From an uncultured delta proteobacterium (GTDB lineage Bacteria > Desulfobacterota > Binatia > Binatales > Binataceae), in assembly GCA_963842085.1 (NCBI GenBank), contig CAWJET010000001.1:768001-832000 (forward strand): a DNA stretch of 64,000 nt, given 5' to 3'. The translations under genes and the position numbers were made by a program. Positions within the stretch are counted from its first letter, which is position 1, and each line of letters starts with the position of its first letter. The notes under the pieces were generated by a model. That model saw nothing but the letters and a program-made list of their open reading frames with translations, did not search any database and had not been told where the DNA came from. Positions 29,602-40,288 of the stretch are shown here, piece by piece.

Positions 29602-29730
29602 TTTGTTTAGCTCCTTGTCGAAGCGGATCTGTATTGAAACAGTATATCGCATCGCGGATGTTATGACTTCCGCACTCAAATGGTAATCGTGTGATAGGTT
29701 TCATGTAACCGACCAGGAGGAACGCTCACT

Positions 29731-30666
29731 ATGCCCGACAAGAAACCGTGGACCGCTGATGACATACCGGATCTTTCCGGCAAGACGATCGTTGTGACCG
29801 GCGGCAACAGCGGCATCGGCTATGAAGCCGCGCTGGCGTTCGCGCGCAAGCGGGCCGACGTCACCCTGGCCTGCCGCGACCTGGGCAAGGCTCGCACGGC
29901 AGCTGCTCAGATCACCGCGTCAGCGCCGGGAGCCAAGGTCGCGGTGATGGAGCTTGATCTCTCGAACCTCGCGTCGGTGCGCGGCTTCGCCGACGCCTTC
30001 CATTTGGAGCATCCCGCGCTGCATGTGCTGTGCAACAACGCCGGCGTCATGGCGATTCCGTATCGGCAAACTGCCGACGGCTTCGAGATGCAGTTCGGCA
30101 CCAATCACCTCGGGCATTTCGCGCTGACCGGCCTGCTGCTCGATCGATTGCTGGCCACCGATGGTGCGCGAGTGGTCAACGTGAGCAGCGGCGCGCATCG
30201 CATGGGCACAATTCGTTTCGACGATCTGCAATGGCACAACGGCTACCGCAAGTGGATGGCTTACGGGCAGAGCAAACTCGCCAACCTGCTGTTCACCCTT
30301 GAGTTACAGCGCAAAGTGGATGCAGCCGGCAAGAAATTGTTATGTGTCGCATGCCATCCCGGATATGCGGCGACCAATCTGCAAGCCGCGGGACCCCGGA
30401 TGTCCGGATCGTCGATGCTCGAATCTATCTTCTCAGTCGCCAACAGCCTGCTGGCGCAAAGCGCTGCGATGGGCGCGCTGCCGACCGAGTACGCGGCCGT
30501 CGCGCCCGATGTCCATGGCGGAGACTACATCGGTCCTGACGGAATCGCCGAGCTGTGGGGGAATCCCGTCAAGGTCAGTTGCAGTGCTGCTGCGCAGGAC
30601 GCCGCGGTCGCCGCCCGGCTCTGGCAAGTGTCAGAGCAACTCACCAGCGTGCACTACGCATTCTGA
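29731..30666 (+). CDS. SDR family oxidoreductase (retinol dehydrogenase-like)
   Basis: TGGNSGIG, NNAG, GFEMQFGTNHLGHF, YGQSK. Confidence 0.93.
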   Translation: MPDKKPWTADDIPDLSGKTIVVTGGNSGIGYEAALAFARKRADVTLACRDLGKARTAAAQITASAPGAKVAVMELDLSNLASVRGFADAFHLEHPALHVLCNNAGVMAIPYRQTADGFEMQFGTNHLGHFALTGLLLDRLLATDGARVVNVSSGAHRMGTIRFDDLQWHNGYRKWMAYGQSKLANLLFTLELQRKVDAAGKKLLCVACHPGYAATNLQAAGPRMSGSSMLESIFSVANSLLAQSAAMGALPTEYAAVAPDVHGGDYIGPDGIAELWGNPVKVSCSAAAQDAAVAARLWQVSEQLTSVHYAF

Positions 30667-30690
30667 GCAGGTGACCCGCGCCGACTCGAC

Positions 30691-31575
30691 CTAAGACGTG
30701 CGGGCGATCACGAACTTCCCGATCTTGTCGATCGCCTGCTGTCCTTCGGGCAGCAACTTCGCAAACACGTGCCAGACGTGAGGCATCTCGTCCCAGACCT
30801 CGAGTTCGACTTGCACGCCGGCTGCTTTTGCGCGCGCGGCGACCCGCGTCGCGTCATCGAGCAGGATTTCCGCGTCGCCGACGTGGATTAAAATCGGCGG
30901 CAGACCGCGAAAATCCGCGTGCAGCGGCGATATCAGCGGATGCTTCGGATCGTGCGCGCCGTAGTACTGCTTCGCCGACTGCGCGAGATTGTCCTGCGTC
31001 ACCATCACGTCTTTGGTGGCTCTGGTACGCACCGACTCTCCCGTGCCTTCCAGGTCCGTCCAGGGCGAAATCGGAACGGCGCCAGCCGGTATCGGCAGCC
31101 CCGCGTCGCGAATCGCCACCAACGCCGCCAGCGTGAGTCCGCCGCCCGCGGAATCGCCGGCAATGACAATCCTGTCCGGCTTGTAGCCTTGCGCGAGCAG
31201 CCAGCGGTACGCGGCGAGCGCGTCATCGACCGCGGCGGGAAACGGATGCTCAGGCGCGAGCCGGTAGTCTATCGCCAGCGCCCGCGCATTGGAGGCTCGC
31301 GCGATTCTCGAAATCATTGCGCGATGCGTATTGATCGAGCCGAGCACGTAGCCGCCGCCGTGCAGGTACAGAATCACTCGATCGGCCGTCGCGCCGGGCG
31401 CCGCGATCCATTCGGCGTTGACGCCGCCCGCATTGACCTTCTCGCAAATCACGTCGGCCGGGACACGCTCGCTGATTTTCTCCATCCCGGAGCGCCGCTG
31501 CTCGAGCGACGCATTCGGATTCTGCGGCTGCGACTTGATTCGCTCGACTACCTTGCCCAGTTGTTCGCTCGCCAT
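30691..31575 (-). CDS. Alpha/beta hydrolase, HSL/family IV esterase
   Basis: HGGG, YRLAPEHPFPAA, GDSAGG, E.LLDD, MPHVW. Confidence 0.93.
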   Translation of the reverse strand: MASEQLGKVVERIKSQPQNPNASLEQRRSGMEKISERVPADVICEKVNAGGVNAEWIAAPGATADRVILYLHGGGYVLGSINTHRAMISRIARASNARALAIDYRLAPEHPFPAAVDDALAAYRWLLAQGYKPDRIVIAGDSAGGGLTLAALVAIRDAGLPIPAGAVPISPWTDLEGTGESVRTRATKDVMVTQDNLAQSAKQYYGAHDPKHPLISPLHADFRGLPPILIHVGDAEILLDDATRVAARAKAAGVQVELEVWDEMPHVWHVFAKLLPEGQQAIDKIGKFVIARTS

Positions 31576-31786
31576 TTTCCCTCCGTATCCATGCAATGGG
31601 TTACTGCGAGGGCTATATCACGAAATAGCGGGGAATTGTCTGCGCGCGGAGTTCTTGCAGTCGCTCGAACCGATTGCGCGGTTTGCCGACCGCAACCCAA
31701 AAAAGCGGAAGGGCCCGCTGTGCGGGTCGCACAACAGGCCCACCACCTACACGTTGAGATTTCGCACCGCGTCGATGCAGCAAGAA

Positions 31787-32344
31787 TTACGGAGGGGTGA
31801 CGAATATGCAGCCCGAATCGTTCAGCGGAAGGTCGAACGTTCCGTTCGCAGTAAAATCAGTCTTCTGGCAATGAGTGAAATCGTAGGTCCCGACGATATC
31901 GTCGTCGCTGCCAAAGGTGCCGATAATTTTCACCCTGCACTTGCCGCCGGCTTTGCCTTTCACGCTAAATCCGGTCGCACTCGCCTTTCCCTTGAAAGTG
32001 CCATAGGCATAAGCGCCGTCGTCAAACAGGAACTCGTAGTAGCTATCGCCTCCGCCTTTGATGGACTTGCCGCTCTGGTCGATCCCAATCCAGCCCACTC
32101 CGGGCCCGTAGCTGTTGTCCTCAAGGCTGCCATCGATGCCGGTGCCGTCCCAGCATCCGCCGAAATCCAGGGGTAGCGCCTTGTCCGGCTGCGTGGCAAC
32201 AGATGGAGCTGAAACCACACCGTCGTCGCCAGCCGGCGAAGCCGTGTCATGGGCGCGCGCGAAGCTGGCCGAGCCCGCGATGAGGCCCGATACGAAAACA
32301 ACCGCAGCCGCCGACATCGTCAGATACTTCAAAGGTCCTTTCAT
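31787..32344 (-). CDS. Hypothetical secreted protein, Gly-rich beta-type with 4 Cys
   Basis: RBS GGGAGG before MKGPLKY; signal peptide ending ARA; mature part has CWDG, CRV, C and C. Confidence 0.65.
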   Translation of the reverse strand: MKGPLKYLTMSAAAVVFVSGLIAGSASFARAHDTASPAGDDGVVSAPSVATQPDKALPLDFGGCWDGTGIDGSLEDNSYGPGVGWIGIDQSGKSIKGGGDSYYEFLFDDGAYAYGTFKGKASATGFSVKGKAGGKCRVKIIGTFGSDDDIVGTYDFTHCQKTDFTANGTFDLPLNDSGCIFVTPP

Positions 32345-32511
32345 TACCAAAGTCCCTCCCAGACAACTTTTGCAGGCGTCTTCGCCAATTCCATTGCTCA
32401 TTTACCTCTTTTAGATGTCCATAACGTCAACGGCGGTACGAAACCACATTTATCCAGCATCTCTAGTCATTTCAAGCCTTGATTTGTAGCAACCGACTCT
32501 GGGTCCTGATT

Positions 32512-33504
32512 TTAGGCAAGTGCGCGTGGTGGAAGGCCTGCCGCCCTGTAAACGTCGTCGATCACGCGCATATTGATGATTCCCTGGGTCCCGTCGGTGG
32601 GAAACGTGGCCTCGCCGCGCACGGCCTTGACGAACGCGCGCAACTGATGGGTAAAAGTCGTGTCGCCCGGCACCGTCTCGTTCTTTTCTCCCGCGCCTGT
32701 CTTTACCGTGAGCTGATGCCCGCGATGGGGCGCGATGGGATTCGTAACGCGCAGTTCCCCGCGCTCGCCGCGCGCCGTGAATGACGCCCGAAGCGGCGAG
32801 TCCTTCTTCATCGCACAGCTCATCGTGGCCGTCACGCCGCCTGCGAGTTCGAGCGCCGCCTCCATCGTGATGTCGATGTCCTTGGGTCCGATTTCCGCCT
32901 TGGCGCTGATCACCCGGGGCGTCAGTCCCGAGAAATAGCGAATCATGTGGAGCGGGTAGCATCCCAAATCCATCGTGGCGCCGCCGGCGAGGCTCCAATC
33001 GAAGCGTATGTTCGATTCGGGGATCGGCACCGAAAACTGGCCCTCGACGTGGACCAGGCGGCCGAGCGTCCCGTCGTTCATAAGCGCATGGATTCGGTCG
33101 GCAAGCGGATGATAGCGGTAGTGGAACGCCTCGCCGAGAATCTTTCCGGTCTCAGCCGCCGCCTTCGCCATCCGCTCAGCCTCGACCGCGTTGGAAGCTA
33201 TCGGCTTTTCACACAGCACGTGCTTGCTCGCGCGTAGTGCCGCGATCGTCCATCGGCAATGAAGCGAGTTGGGCAGCGGGTTGTAAATGACATCGAGCTC
33301 GGGGTCGTTGACTAAGTCGTCGTACGTCGTGTGCACCTTCGGAATACCGTGGGCGGCCGCGAATTCCTGCGCTCGCTTCGGGTCGCGCGCCGCGACCGCG
33401 ACGACTTCAGCATCCGGCACGTTTTGCGCCGCCTTGATCAACGCATCCGGCGTAATTCGCGCCGCGCCGAGTATTCCAAACCGGATCGAGCGTTGTTTTG
33501 CCAT
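32512..33504 (-). CDS. Gfo/Idh/MocA family oxidoreductase
   Basis: GILGAARI, YNPLPNSLH, HVLCEKP, EAFHYRYHP, GGATMDLGCY. Confidence 0.93.
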   Translation of the reverse strand: MAKQRSIRFGILGAARITPDALIKAAQNVPDAEVVAVAARDPKRAQEFAAAHGIPKVHTTYDDLVNDPELDVIYNPLPNSLHCRWTIAALRASKHVLCEKPIASNAVEAERMAKAAAETGKILGEAFHYRYHPLADRIHALMNDGTLGRLVHVEGQFSVPIPESNIRFDWSLAGGATMDLGCYPLHMIRYFSGLTPRVISAKAEIGPKDIDITMEAALELAGGVTATMSCAMKKDSPLRASFTARGERGELRVTNPIAPHRGHQLTVKTGAGEKNETVPGDTTFTHQLRAFVKAVRGEATFPTDGTQGIINMRVIDDVYRAAGLPPRALA

Positions 33505-33654
33505 CACGCGATTGTATGTGAAGCCCGCCTTGGGTTTCACGCGTCCCCGCGCAGGGGTTATCCCCTGCACCTTACCACTAAGCTGAAGACGTTTGTTAAC
33601 CGCCCATGAATTCTGCGAGAATCGCCGCAATCCATCGTACCGAGGTTCATCCAC

Positions 33655-35199
33655 ATGGGCGCGACTGTTTCGATCCATCAAGGCAAGCTCGACGGCGACG
33701 AGCAGGGCGGACTATTCGTCTTCAAGGGTATCCCGTTTGCGGCGCCTCCCACCGGCGCGCGCCGATGGCTCCCGCCCGAGAAGCCCGCGTCGTGGAGCGG
33801 TGTGCGCGACGCCCGCCGTTTCGGCGCGGTGGCTCATCAGAACAGCGTGATGCTGAGCGCGCTCTCCGCGATGGTGATCGAGGGCGAGCAATCCGAGGAT
33901 TGCCTCTCGCTCAACGTCTGGACTCCCGCGCTCGGCGGCAAGCGCCGGCCGGTGATGGTCTGGATTCACGGCGGCGCGTTCACGATCGGCTCCGGCTCGC
34001 AGGCGCTCTACGACGGTTCGGTTCTCGCACGACGCGGCGACGTGGTCGTAGTCACGGTCAACTATCGTCTCGGGCCACTGGGCTTTCTCCGGCTGGCGGA
34101 CGTGACCGGCGGCAAAATTCCGGCGACCGGCAACGAAGGGATGCTCGATCAAGTCGCGGCGCTCGAATGGGTTCGCGACAACATCGCCGAGTTCGGCGGC
34201 GACCCCGGCAACGTCACCATCTTCGGCGAGTCGGCCGGCGGCATGAGTGTCGGAACTCTACTCGCGATGCCCGCCGCGCGCGGCCTGTTCCACAAGGCGA
34301 TACCGCAAAGCGGCGCATGTCACACCGGCGCCCCGGTCGCGCGCGCGAACCGCGCTGCAGAGCGAGTCCTGTCGAAGCTCCACGTCCAGCCCGGCGACGC
34401 CGCCGCCATCCGTGCGCTGACACCTGCGCAATTGCTCACTGGCACGCTGCTCGACGACGGCAAAACGCCCGACCCGGAACTCGGGATGGCGTATCAGCCG
34501 GTGGCCGACGGTACTCACGTGCCGCGCACTGCGATCGAGATGGTTGCAGACGGCTCGGCGGCGGGCGTGGCCGTGATGGTCGGTTCGACGCTCGAGGAGT
34601 GGAAATTGTTCTCCTTGATGGATCCTTCGTTGTACCAACTCGACCGCGCGGGACTCGGCGCGCGTATCAGCAGGCGCCTGGCCGCTCCTGCAGCCGACGC
34701 ACTGGCGGATTCGTACGAAAAGGCGCGCGCCGCGCGCGGCGAGTCCGTCACACCCGCCGACCTGTTCACCGCAATCGAGACCGACCGCGTTTTCCGCATT
34801 CCCGGCGTCCGCCTGGCGCAAGTCCAACGCCGCCACGACTCGCGCGTTTACAGTTATCTCTTCACGTGGCCGTCGCCTGCGATGGGCGGTGTGCTCGGCT
34901 CATGCCATGCACTCGAGCTCGGCTTCGTCTTCGGCACCAATCACATCCCCGGGATGGCCGCGTTCGCAGGCACCGGTGCGGCCGCAGAAAAGCTCGCAAC
35001 CCAGATGCAGGACGCGTGGCTGGCGTTTGCGCGTTCAGGCGACCCAAGCTGCGAGAGCGCCGGCACGTGGACGAGTTACGACCAAGCGCACCGGCCAACG
35101 ATGGTCTTCGGCGCGAATACGAGACTCGAAGACGCGCCGCGCGACCAAGAGCGCCGCGCGTGGGACACGATCCCAGATCACATCTTCGGCGCGCTCTAG
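33655..35199 (+). CDS. Carboxylesterase type B (pNB esterase-like)
   Basis: FKGIPFA.PP, SEDCL.LNVW, HGGAF, FGESAG, H.LEL.FVFG. Confidence 0.95.
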   Translation: MGATVSIHQGKLDGDEQGGLFVFKGIPFAAPPTGARRWLPPEKPASWSGVRDARRFGAVAHQNSVMLSALSAMVIEGEQSEDCLSLNVWTPALGGKRRPVMVWIHGGAFTIGSGSQALYDGSVLARRGDVVVVTVNYRLGPLGFLRLADVTGGKIPATGNEGMLDQVAALEWVRDNIAEFGGDPGNVTIFGESAGGMSVGTLLAMPAARGLFHKAIPQSGACHTGAPVARANRAAERVLSKLHVQPGDAAAIRALTPAQLLTGTLLDDGKTPDPELGMAYQPVADGTHVPRTAIEMVADGSAAGVAVMVGSTLEEWKLFSLMDPSLYQLDRAGLGARISRRLAAPAADALADSYEKARAARGESVTPADLFTAIETDRVFRIPGVRLAQVQRRHDSRVYSYLFTWPSPAMGGVLGSCHALELGFVFGTNHIPGMAAFAGTGAAAEKLATQMQDAWLAFARSGDPSCESAGTWTSYDQAHRPTMVFGANTRLEDAPRDQERRAWDTIPDHIFGAL

Positions 35200-35215
35200 G
35201 AGCCCACAGGATTGT

Positions 35216-35254
35216 CCCCCTTCCCACTACGGAAATATGGGAAGGGGTCAGGTT
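35216..35254. repeat. REP-like hairpin between convergent genes (possible terminator)
   Basis: CCCCTTCCCA-N11-TGGGAAGGGG followed by TCAGG; reads CCTGACCCCTTCCC...GGGAAGGGG on the minus strand. Confidence 0.55.
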
Positions 35255-35267
35255 TACCGCCCGCGCG

Positions 35268-38200
35268 TCACTCCAGCGATAGATCGACGCGCGTGGTCTT
35301 GCCCTGATCCTTGATTCCGCTGGCGTCCATCTTCGGCGCGACTATGAACATTCGCGCCGCGTCCACCTGTTTCGTGCTCAGGTACGCGCGCACCGCATTG
35401 GCCCGCGCGTCCGCCAGATGCTGCAAGTCCTGATCGGTCACGGGAGTGTTGGCGAAAATCAGTTTCTTCATCTCATCCGGCGGCTCGGTCTTCGCCAAGC
35501 CAACCAGGTCGCGCGGCTTCTTGAAGTCTCCCGCGCTGTAGACCTTCGCCAGGTACTTGTTGTAGTCCGCCGTCGAGAGCGGGGCGCTTTTGCCGTTCGC
35601 CTCCGCGCTATCTCCCTCGGCCTTGTGCCTGAGCACCTGAATACTGTGATCGAGTGACGCTTCGCGGTAGCCGTCCTGGTCGAATTCGGGATCGACGCGC
35701 CCGCAAATGTTGAGTTTCAACGCGGGCCGATCGGCCAACGCCTTCGCGATCGTATCCAGCTTCTGCTGACTGTCCGGCGTCAACGTCGCGTAGCCGGGCG
35801 CAAATTCTATATAGCCGAGGTCTTGCTGCGCGCCGCTGCCGCCGCCGAACGCGGCTGCTATCAACGAGAACGGCGCCGTTGCGGCCCTGACGATCAGGTT
35901 CATGAACGCGCCCAGGATGACGCTGCCGATGCTGAATTGCGGATCCGACAGCGACCCCGATATCGGGACTCGCACGTCGATTACTCCCTTCGAATTCTTG
36001 AGCAATGAAACCGCGAGTCGAATCGGCAGGTTGGTCGCGTCCGGGCTGTCTACGTGATCGCCGAACGTCAGTTGATCGATGAAAATGTGGTTATCGGCCG
36101 TCAGCTTCCCGGCGTCCAGCAGGTAATGTACATCGACGGTCAGCGTGCCTTTGACGATCGGATAGCCGGTGTACTTGGTCGTGTACGGCGAGAGCCCGGT
36201 CAGTTCGACCCCGTCGGCCTTTGCCTTGATATCGACGAATGCAGTGGGCGCGAGCGGATTTATCGATCCGTCGATATTGATGGGCGCGCTGCCGTTAATT
36301 TTTCCATCGAGTGAAACGTCCGCCGGCGTTGTGGACTTCGTCCCGAACGCACCGATGCTGCCCTCCATGTCGCTCAGGTTCGCGGTGTAGTTGGGCTTGA
36401 TAAAGTTGTCGGTGTAATCGACCTTGCCGCCCTTGAGTGTGATCTTGCTCAACTCGACGTCGGCGTTCATCGGCTGACCCGCGTATGGCTGCGCCGGACT
36501 CGCCTCCGCCGCCGGAGACGCTTCAGGAGCTGTCGCCGCGGACTGGCTCGGTGCGGCCGCCGGAGTCGGCGTCGCGGTCGGCGCCACTGGAACCGCGCCT
36601 TTCGAACCCGGTGCTCCAGTCGCTCGCGTCAGCGACGTCGGCGCCTCCTGTGGGCCCGCCGTGATGTCTTTCAGGTTCAGCTTGCCGTTGCTGTTGAGAA
36701 TGACCCGCGAATAAAAATCGTTCAGCGCGATCAAACCAACGTGTACTTTGGGCGGACCTTTGCCGAGCGCGAAGTCGATGCGGTTCACGTTCAGCGCGGC
36801 CATTCTGAAAAACAGATCGTTGGTCAGCTTGTCGAGCATCCGCACGCTGCCGAGCGAGGCGTCGCCTTTGTAGCTGACGAGAAAATCCTTGCGCACCTGT
36901 TCCAGGCCGACCGCCCCGTCCATCGTCAGGTTCGCGCTCGTGATCTTCGCGTTCATCCTGCTGCTCACGTACGGATCCGCAAATGCCAGGTCCAGTCGCC
37001 TGGTCGCGATGCGCAGGTTGGCCTTGAGCGGCGCAACCGTCGCCGTGCCGGTAACTTTGAAGGTGCCCTTGCGATTCAGCGTGCCGTCAACATCGACAGC
37101 AAAAGGTTTGCTGAAATCGCTCGACACATCCTTCAGATGCAGATTCAGCGGCGCCACCACTACTTTGACCGGTTGCGGCGCGCTCTCGTCGATGAAGGTG
37201 GCGTCAGTCTGCTCCAGCGCGACCGAGGCGACCTTGAATTGAAAATTCTGCGGCGGCGGCGCAACGGTGAGCTGCTGGCCGTTCTGGTTGATGCTTAGCG
37301 GGACGGGTTTGCGCACCGCCCGCCTGCTCTCGCGCGGCATTCGCCTCCGCTCGCGCGCAGTCGAGCCCTCGCTGCGGGGCGGTGGCGATGCGCCGCGCAT
37401 CAGCGACTCGAGACTCAATTTCCCGTCGCGCTCGCGGCGAACGAACAGCTGCATCCCGTCGCTTTTCACTTCGGTGACGGCCGCCTGGCGCGACGCCAAA
37501 TCGAACTGCCCGAGCGAGACGCTGAAATTTTTCCACTGCACCGGTTTTTCGCGCTCGTGCGGCGCATCGAGCTCGAAATTCGCAATCGCGACGCTGGCCG
37601 GCTCCGCATGCACGTTGAAATGACCGCTCGCGAAGTGCGTCTGCACGTTGGCCTTCGCGCTGAACTTGCCCGAGGCCACGCTGGCCGCCAGAAATTTCTG
37701 CGCGAACGGTTGCAACGCCGGCAGATCGATCTGATCGATCGACACGTCGGTCGTAGCCTGCGAATCCGCGAGGTCCAGCGCGCCCTTGACCGCGACCGCG
37801 CCGCCGCTGTGAATGTTGCCGGTGAGGTAGAACGTCGCCGGCGATTTCCCAAGCGTCCGAAGATTCTTCACTCCGACCTCGAGCGCATCCAGCGCCGCCG
37901 CCGCGGGAGTCGCACTACTGTTATCCTGCAGGTCCACTCCGCTCTTCGTGAGAACGAACGACTCCAACTGAAAATCCATCGGCGGTTTTGACGTTGACGG
38001 TCCCGCCACCGCCGTAGCCGGCTGCGTTATGGTGCCGGCGGGCGGCGTTGCCGTTGGAGCAGCAGCCGGCGCCGCGCCGCCGCTCGCCAGCGCCGAGAGA
38101 TTGTTGGTGCCGTCGGGATTCAGCCTCAGATTTGCGAGCAGTCCATCGATCCAGATCGATTTCAGGTGGAACACCGCGCCGAGCGGCTCCACGTCGGTCA

Positions 38201-39206
38201 GCTTCACCTCGGCGTGCTTGAGCGCGACCAGCGGTGCATCGGCGTGGTCGTGAACCTCGAACTGATCGAGAGCCACGATCCCGTTCAGGCGAATCAGCGG
38301 CTGCGGTTGCGCCTGCACGAAATGCAGATACAGGTCGGCCGACAACGCCCCACTCGGGACTTTTACCGGCAGCTTCATCGGCGCGTAACTGACGTAGAGC
38401 GGGAGGTCGAGGCGATGCAACTTCAGATCGATCACCGAGTCGCGCGTCGCCTGGAATGGCTTGGACACGCCGGCAAGCCTGAGCGGGCTGCCATCGATCA
38501 CCATCTGCACCAGCGGTTGCACGAACACGTCAACGTCCGACGGCAGGTTGGCGATGAACGGCACGTTGATCTCAATCTTGTCGATCTTGTGTTGCTTGCC
38601 GAGCAACCGATCGTCGATCGTCACTTCACCGTCGCGCAGTTCAATATTCGAAACCGCGAATTTCATCGGCGCGCTCGGCGCCGCCGGTTTCGGTTTCTCG
38701 GGCGCCGGCGCGCTCTCGAGCAGATCGGAAAAGTTGAATTTCTGTTGGGACTCGCGAACGACGTGTATCTGCGGCCGCTCGACCAGGACCTCGCCAACCA
38801 CCGGCGCAAACCTGAACAACGACATCCATGAAACCTTCACCCTCAGATGCCCGAGATCGACGAACGATTTCTGCGGATCGTCGCGCTCGCCGACGTGAAG
38901 CTGGTAAAGGTCGAGCTTCAGCCGATAAAGATTAAATCGAATTTTGCCGACGCTGACCTGGCGATGGATGCTGGCGGCGACCGGACCGGTCACCACGTGC
39001 CGCAGCACTGGCGGAACTGCGAGGTAAAGCGCCGGGCCGATAAACAGCAAGACCGCGACGACGATCACGCCGACTTTGCGCACTCGCCGCGAACGCCCAA
39101 CCTCCTGCGCGCGCGCGACCCACGGCTTGCTCGGGTGGAACGCCGCCCTCAAATGCCCGAGCGCGGTCTCCAGGTACTCGAGCGCACGATTGAGAAAGTT
39201 GCCCAT
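35268..39206 (-). CDS. DUF748 domain-containing envelope protein (AsmA-like repeats) with C-terminal OmpA-like domain
   Basis: N-terminal TM anchor, repeated beta units (FNFSDL, L.PY..KY.GY.I.KG.L), LA..RA.AVR.YL near the end. Start MGNFL. Confidence 0.85.
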   Translation of the reverse strand: MGNFLNRALEYLETALGHLRAAFHPSKPWVARAQEVGRSRRVRKVGVIVVAVLLFIGPALYLAVPPVLRHVVTGPVAASIHRQVSVGKIRFNLYRLKLDLYQLHVGERDDPQKSFVDLGHLRVKVSWMSLFRFAPVVGEVLVERPQIHVVRESQQKFNFSDLLESAPAPEKPKPAAPSAPMKFAVSNIELRDGEVTIDDRLLGKQHKIDKIEINVPFIANLPSDVDVFVQPLVQMVIDGSPLRLAGVSKPFQATRDSVIDLKLHRLDLPLYVSYAPMKLPVKVPSGALSADLYLHFVQAQPQPLIRLNGIVALDQFEVHDHADAPLVALKHAEVKLTDVEPLGAVFHLKSIWIDGLLANLRLNPDGTNNLSALASGGAAPAAAPTATPPAGTITQPATAVAGPSTSKPPMDFQLESFVLTKSGVDLQDNSSATPAAAALDALEVGVKNLRTLGKSPATFYLTGNIHSGGAVAVKGALDLADSQATTDVSIDQIDLPALQPFAQKFLAASVASGKFSAKANVQTHFASGHFNVHAEPASVAIANFELDAPHEREKPVQWKNFSVSLGQFDLASRQAAVTEVKSDGMQLFVRRERDGKLSLESLMRGASPPPRSEGSTARERRRMPRESRRAVRKPVPLSINQNGQQLTVAPPPQNFQFKVASVALEQTDATFIDESAPQPVKVVVAPLNLHLKDVSSDFSKPFAVDVDGTLNRKGTFKVTGTATVAPLKANLRIATRRLDLAFADPYVSSRMNAKITSANLTMDGAVGLEQVRKDFLVSYKGDASLGSVRMLDKLTNDLFFRMAALNVNRIDFALGKGPPKVHVGLIALNDFYSRVILNSNGKLNLKDITAGPQEAPTSLTRATGAPGSKGAVPVAPTATPTPAAAPSQSAATAPEASPAAEASPAQPYAGQPMNADVELSKITLKGGKVDYTDNFIKPNYTANLSDMEGSIGAFGTKSTTPADVSLDGKINGSAPINIDGSINPLAPTAFVDIKAKADGVELTGLSPYTTKYTGYPIVKGTLTVDVHYLLDAGKLTADNHIFIDQLTFGDHVDSPDATNLPIRLAVSLLKNSKGVIDVRVPISGSLSDPQFSIGSVILGAFMNLIVRAATAPFSLIAAAFGGGSGAQQDLGYIEFAPGYATLTPDSQQKLDTIAKALADRPALKLNICGRVDPEFDQDGYREASLDHSIQVLRHKAEGDSAEANGKSAPLSTADYNKYLAKVYSAGDFKKPRDLVGLAKTEPPDEMKKLIFANTPVTDQDLQHLADARANAVRAYLSTKQVDAARMFIVAPKMDASGIKDQGKTTRVDLSLE

Positions 39207-39286
39207 GAGACTTGAGCCCGCCTGACGCTGCCAGCGTGAGCCGCCGCCGGCCAATAGTCAATTGATCGCAAACGGCTTGGATGTGG

Positions 39287-39670
39287 CTATCGATTATGGA
39301 TACCGAGCCAGCGCCTGCGGTCTTCGACAATCGGCCTTTGACTCTTCAACAGCGTGTACGCTTCATCGAGCGTCTTGCCGCGTTTCGTTTTCAGAAACCA
39401 CGCCACCACCAACGGCGCGCGTTCGCATCCTTCCTCGCAATGGACCAGCACCCGATGCCCCAGTGACAGCTCCTGGTCGATCAACGACGCCGTCCGGTCA
39501 AGCGTCACAACACCCTCAGCAAGGAACGGCATGTGAATAGCCTGCGGCGGTTCGCTCTCCGGCACGTCGGGTAGCACGCTGATAATCGTGCCCTCGAACC
39601 TCTGCGCATCCTGCAAATCGCCGACGAACAGGCCCGCAATTATCTCGCTCTCTTGCCAACTCGCGGCCAT
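39287..39670 (-). CDS. Small dual-specificity phosphatase-like protein
   Basis: LFVG, VLVHCEEGCERAP (HCx5R loop), A...LK..RP. Confidence 0.8.
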   Translation of the reverse strand: MAASWQESEIIAGLFVGDLQDAQRFEGTIISVLPDVPESEPPQAIHMPFLAEGVVTLDRTASLIDQELSLGHRVLVHCEEGCERAPLVVAWFLKTKRGKTLDEAYTLLKSQRPIVEDRRRWLGIHNR

Positions 39671-39823
39671 CGGTCTATGCAGCTTGACGGGTGAACGAAC
39701 ATTGCGTCAACCTCGCGCCTTGAATCTGCCACGTAATCCGCTGGACCTACTTCCGTTTAGCTTGACCGGCGAAGAGCTGAAAGGCACGCTGGCCGCAGCA
39801 TTCTTGATTGGAGGTTGTTCGCG

Positions 39824-40225
39824 ATGACGAGGGGTAGCTGCCTATGTGGCGGCGTGGCATTCGAGGCCAGCGATCAAATCGAGCTCCGCAACTGTCATTG
39901 CTCGCGATGCCGCAAGGCGCGGGGCGCAGCATACGCGGCCAACCTGTTCGTGCCGGCAGGCGCATTTCGGTGGCTTCGCGGCGAAAACCTTGTCATCAAC
40001 TATCGCCTGCCGAACACGCAAAGATTTGGAAATTCGTTCTGCCGTATCTGCGGCAGTCCGATGCCGCGTGCGGTTCCGACTCGCGACGTCGTGCTGATTC
40101 CAGCCGGCGCGCTCGACGACGACCCGAAGATTCGGACCAACTATCACATCTACGTCGGCTCCAAGGCTCCTTGGCACGAGATCACCGACGCCTTGCCGCA
40201 ATATCCCGAGGGTCCCCCGGCTTGA
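39824..40225 (+). CDS. GFA (CENP-V) family Zn protein
   Basis: GSCLCG, CHCSRCRK, FCRICGS, HIYVGSKAPW. Confidence 0.93.
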   Translation: MTRGSCLCGGVAFEASDQIELRNCHCSRCRKARGAAYAANLFVPAGAFRWLRGENLVINYRLPNTQRFGNSFCRICGSPMPRAVPTRDVVLIPAGALDDDPKIRTNYHIYVGSKAPWHEITDALPQYPEGPPA

Positions 40226-40260
40226 CCTAACCTCTGGCCCCTCTCCCTTCAGGAGAGGTG
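40226..40260. repeat. REP-like palindromic element between convergent genes
   Basis: CCTAACCTCTGGCCCCTCTCC-CTTCA-GGAGAGG. Confidence 0.55.
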
Positions 40261-40288
40261 AAGCGGAGGTTCGAAGTCCTTGCTGAAG

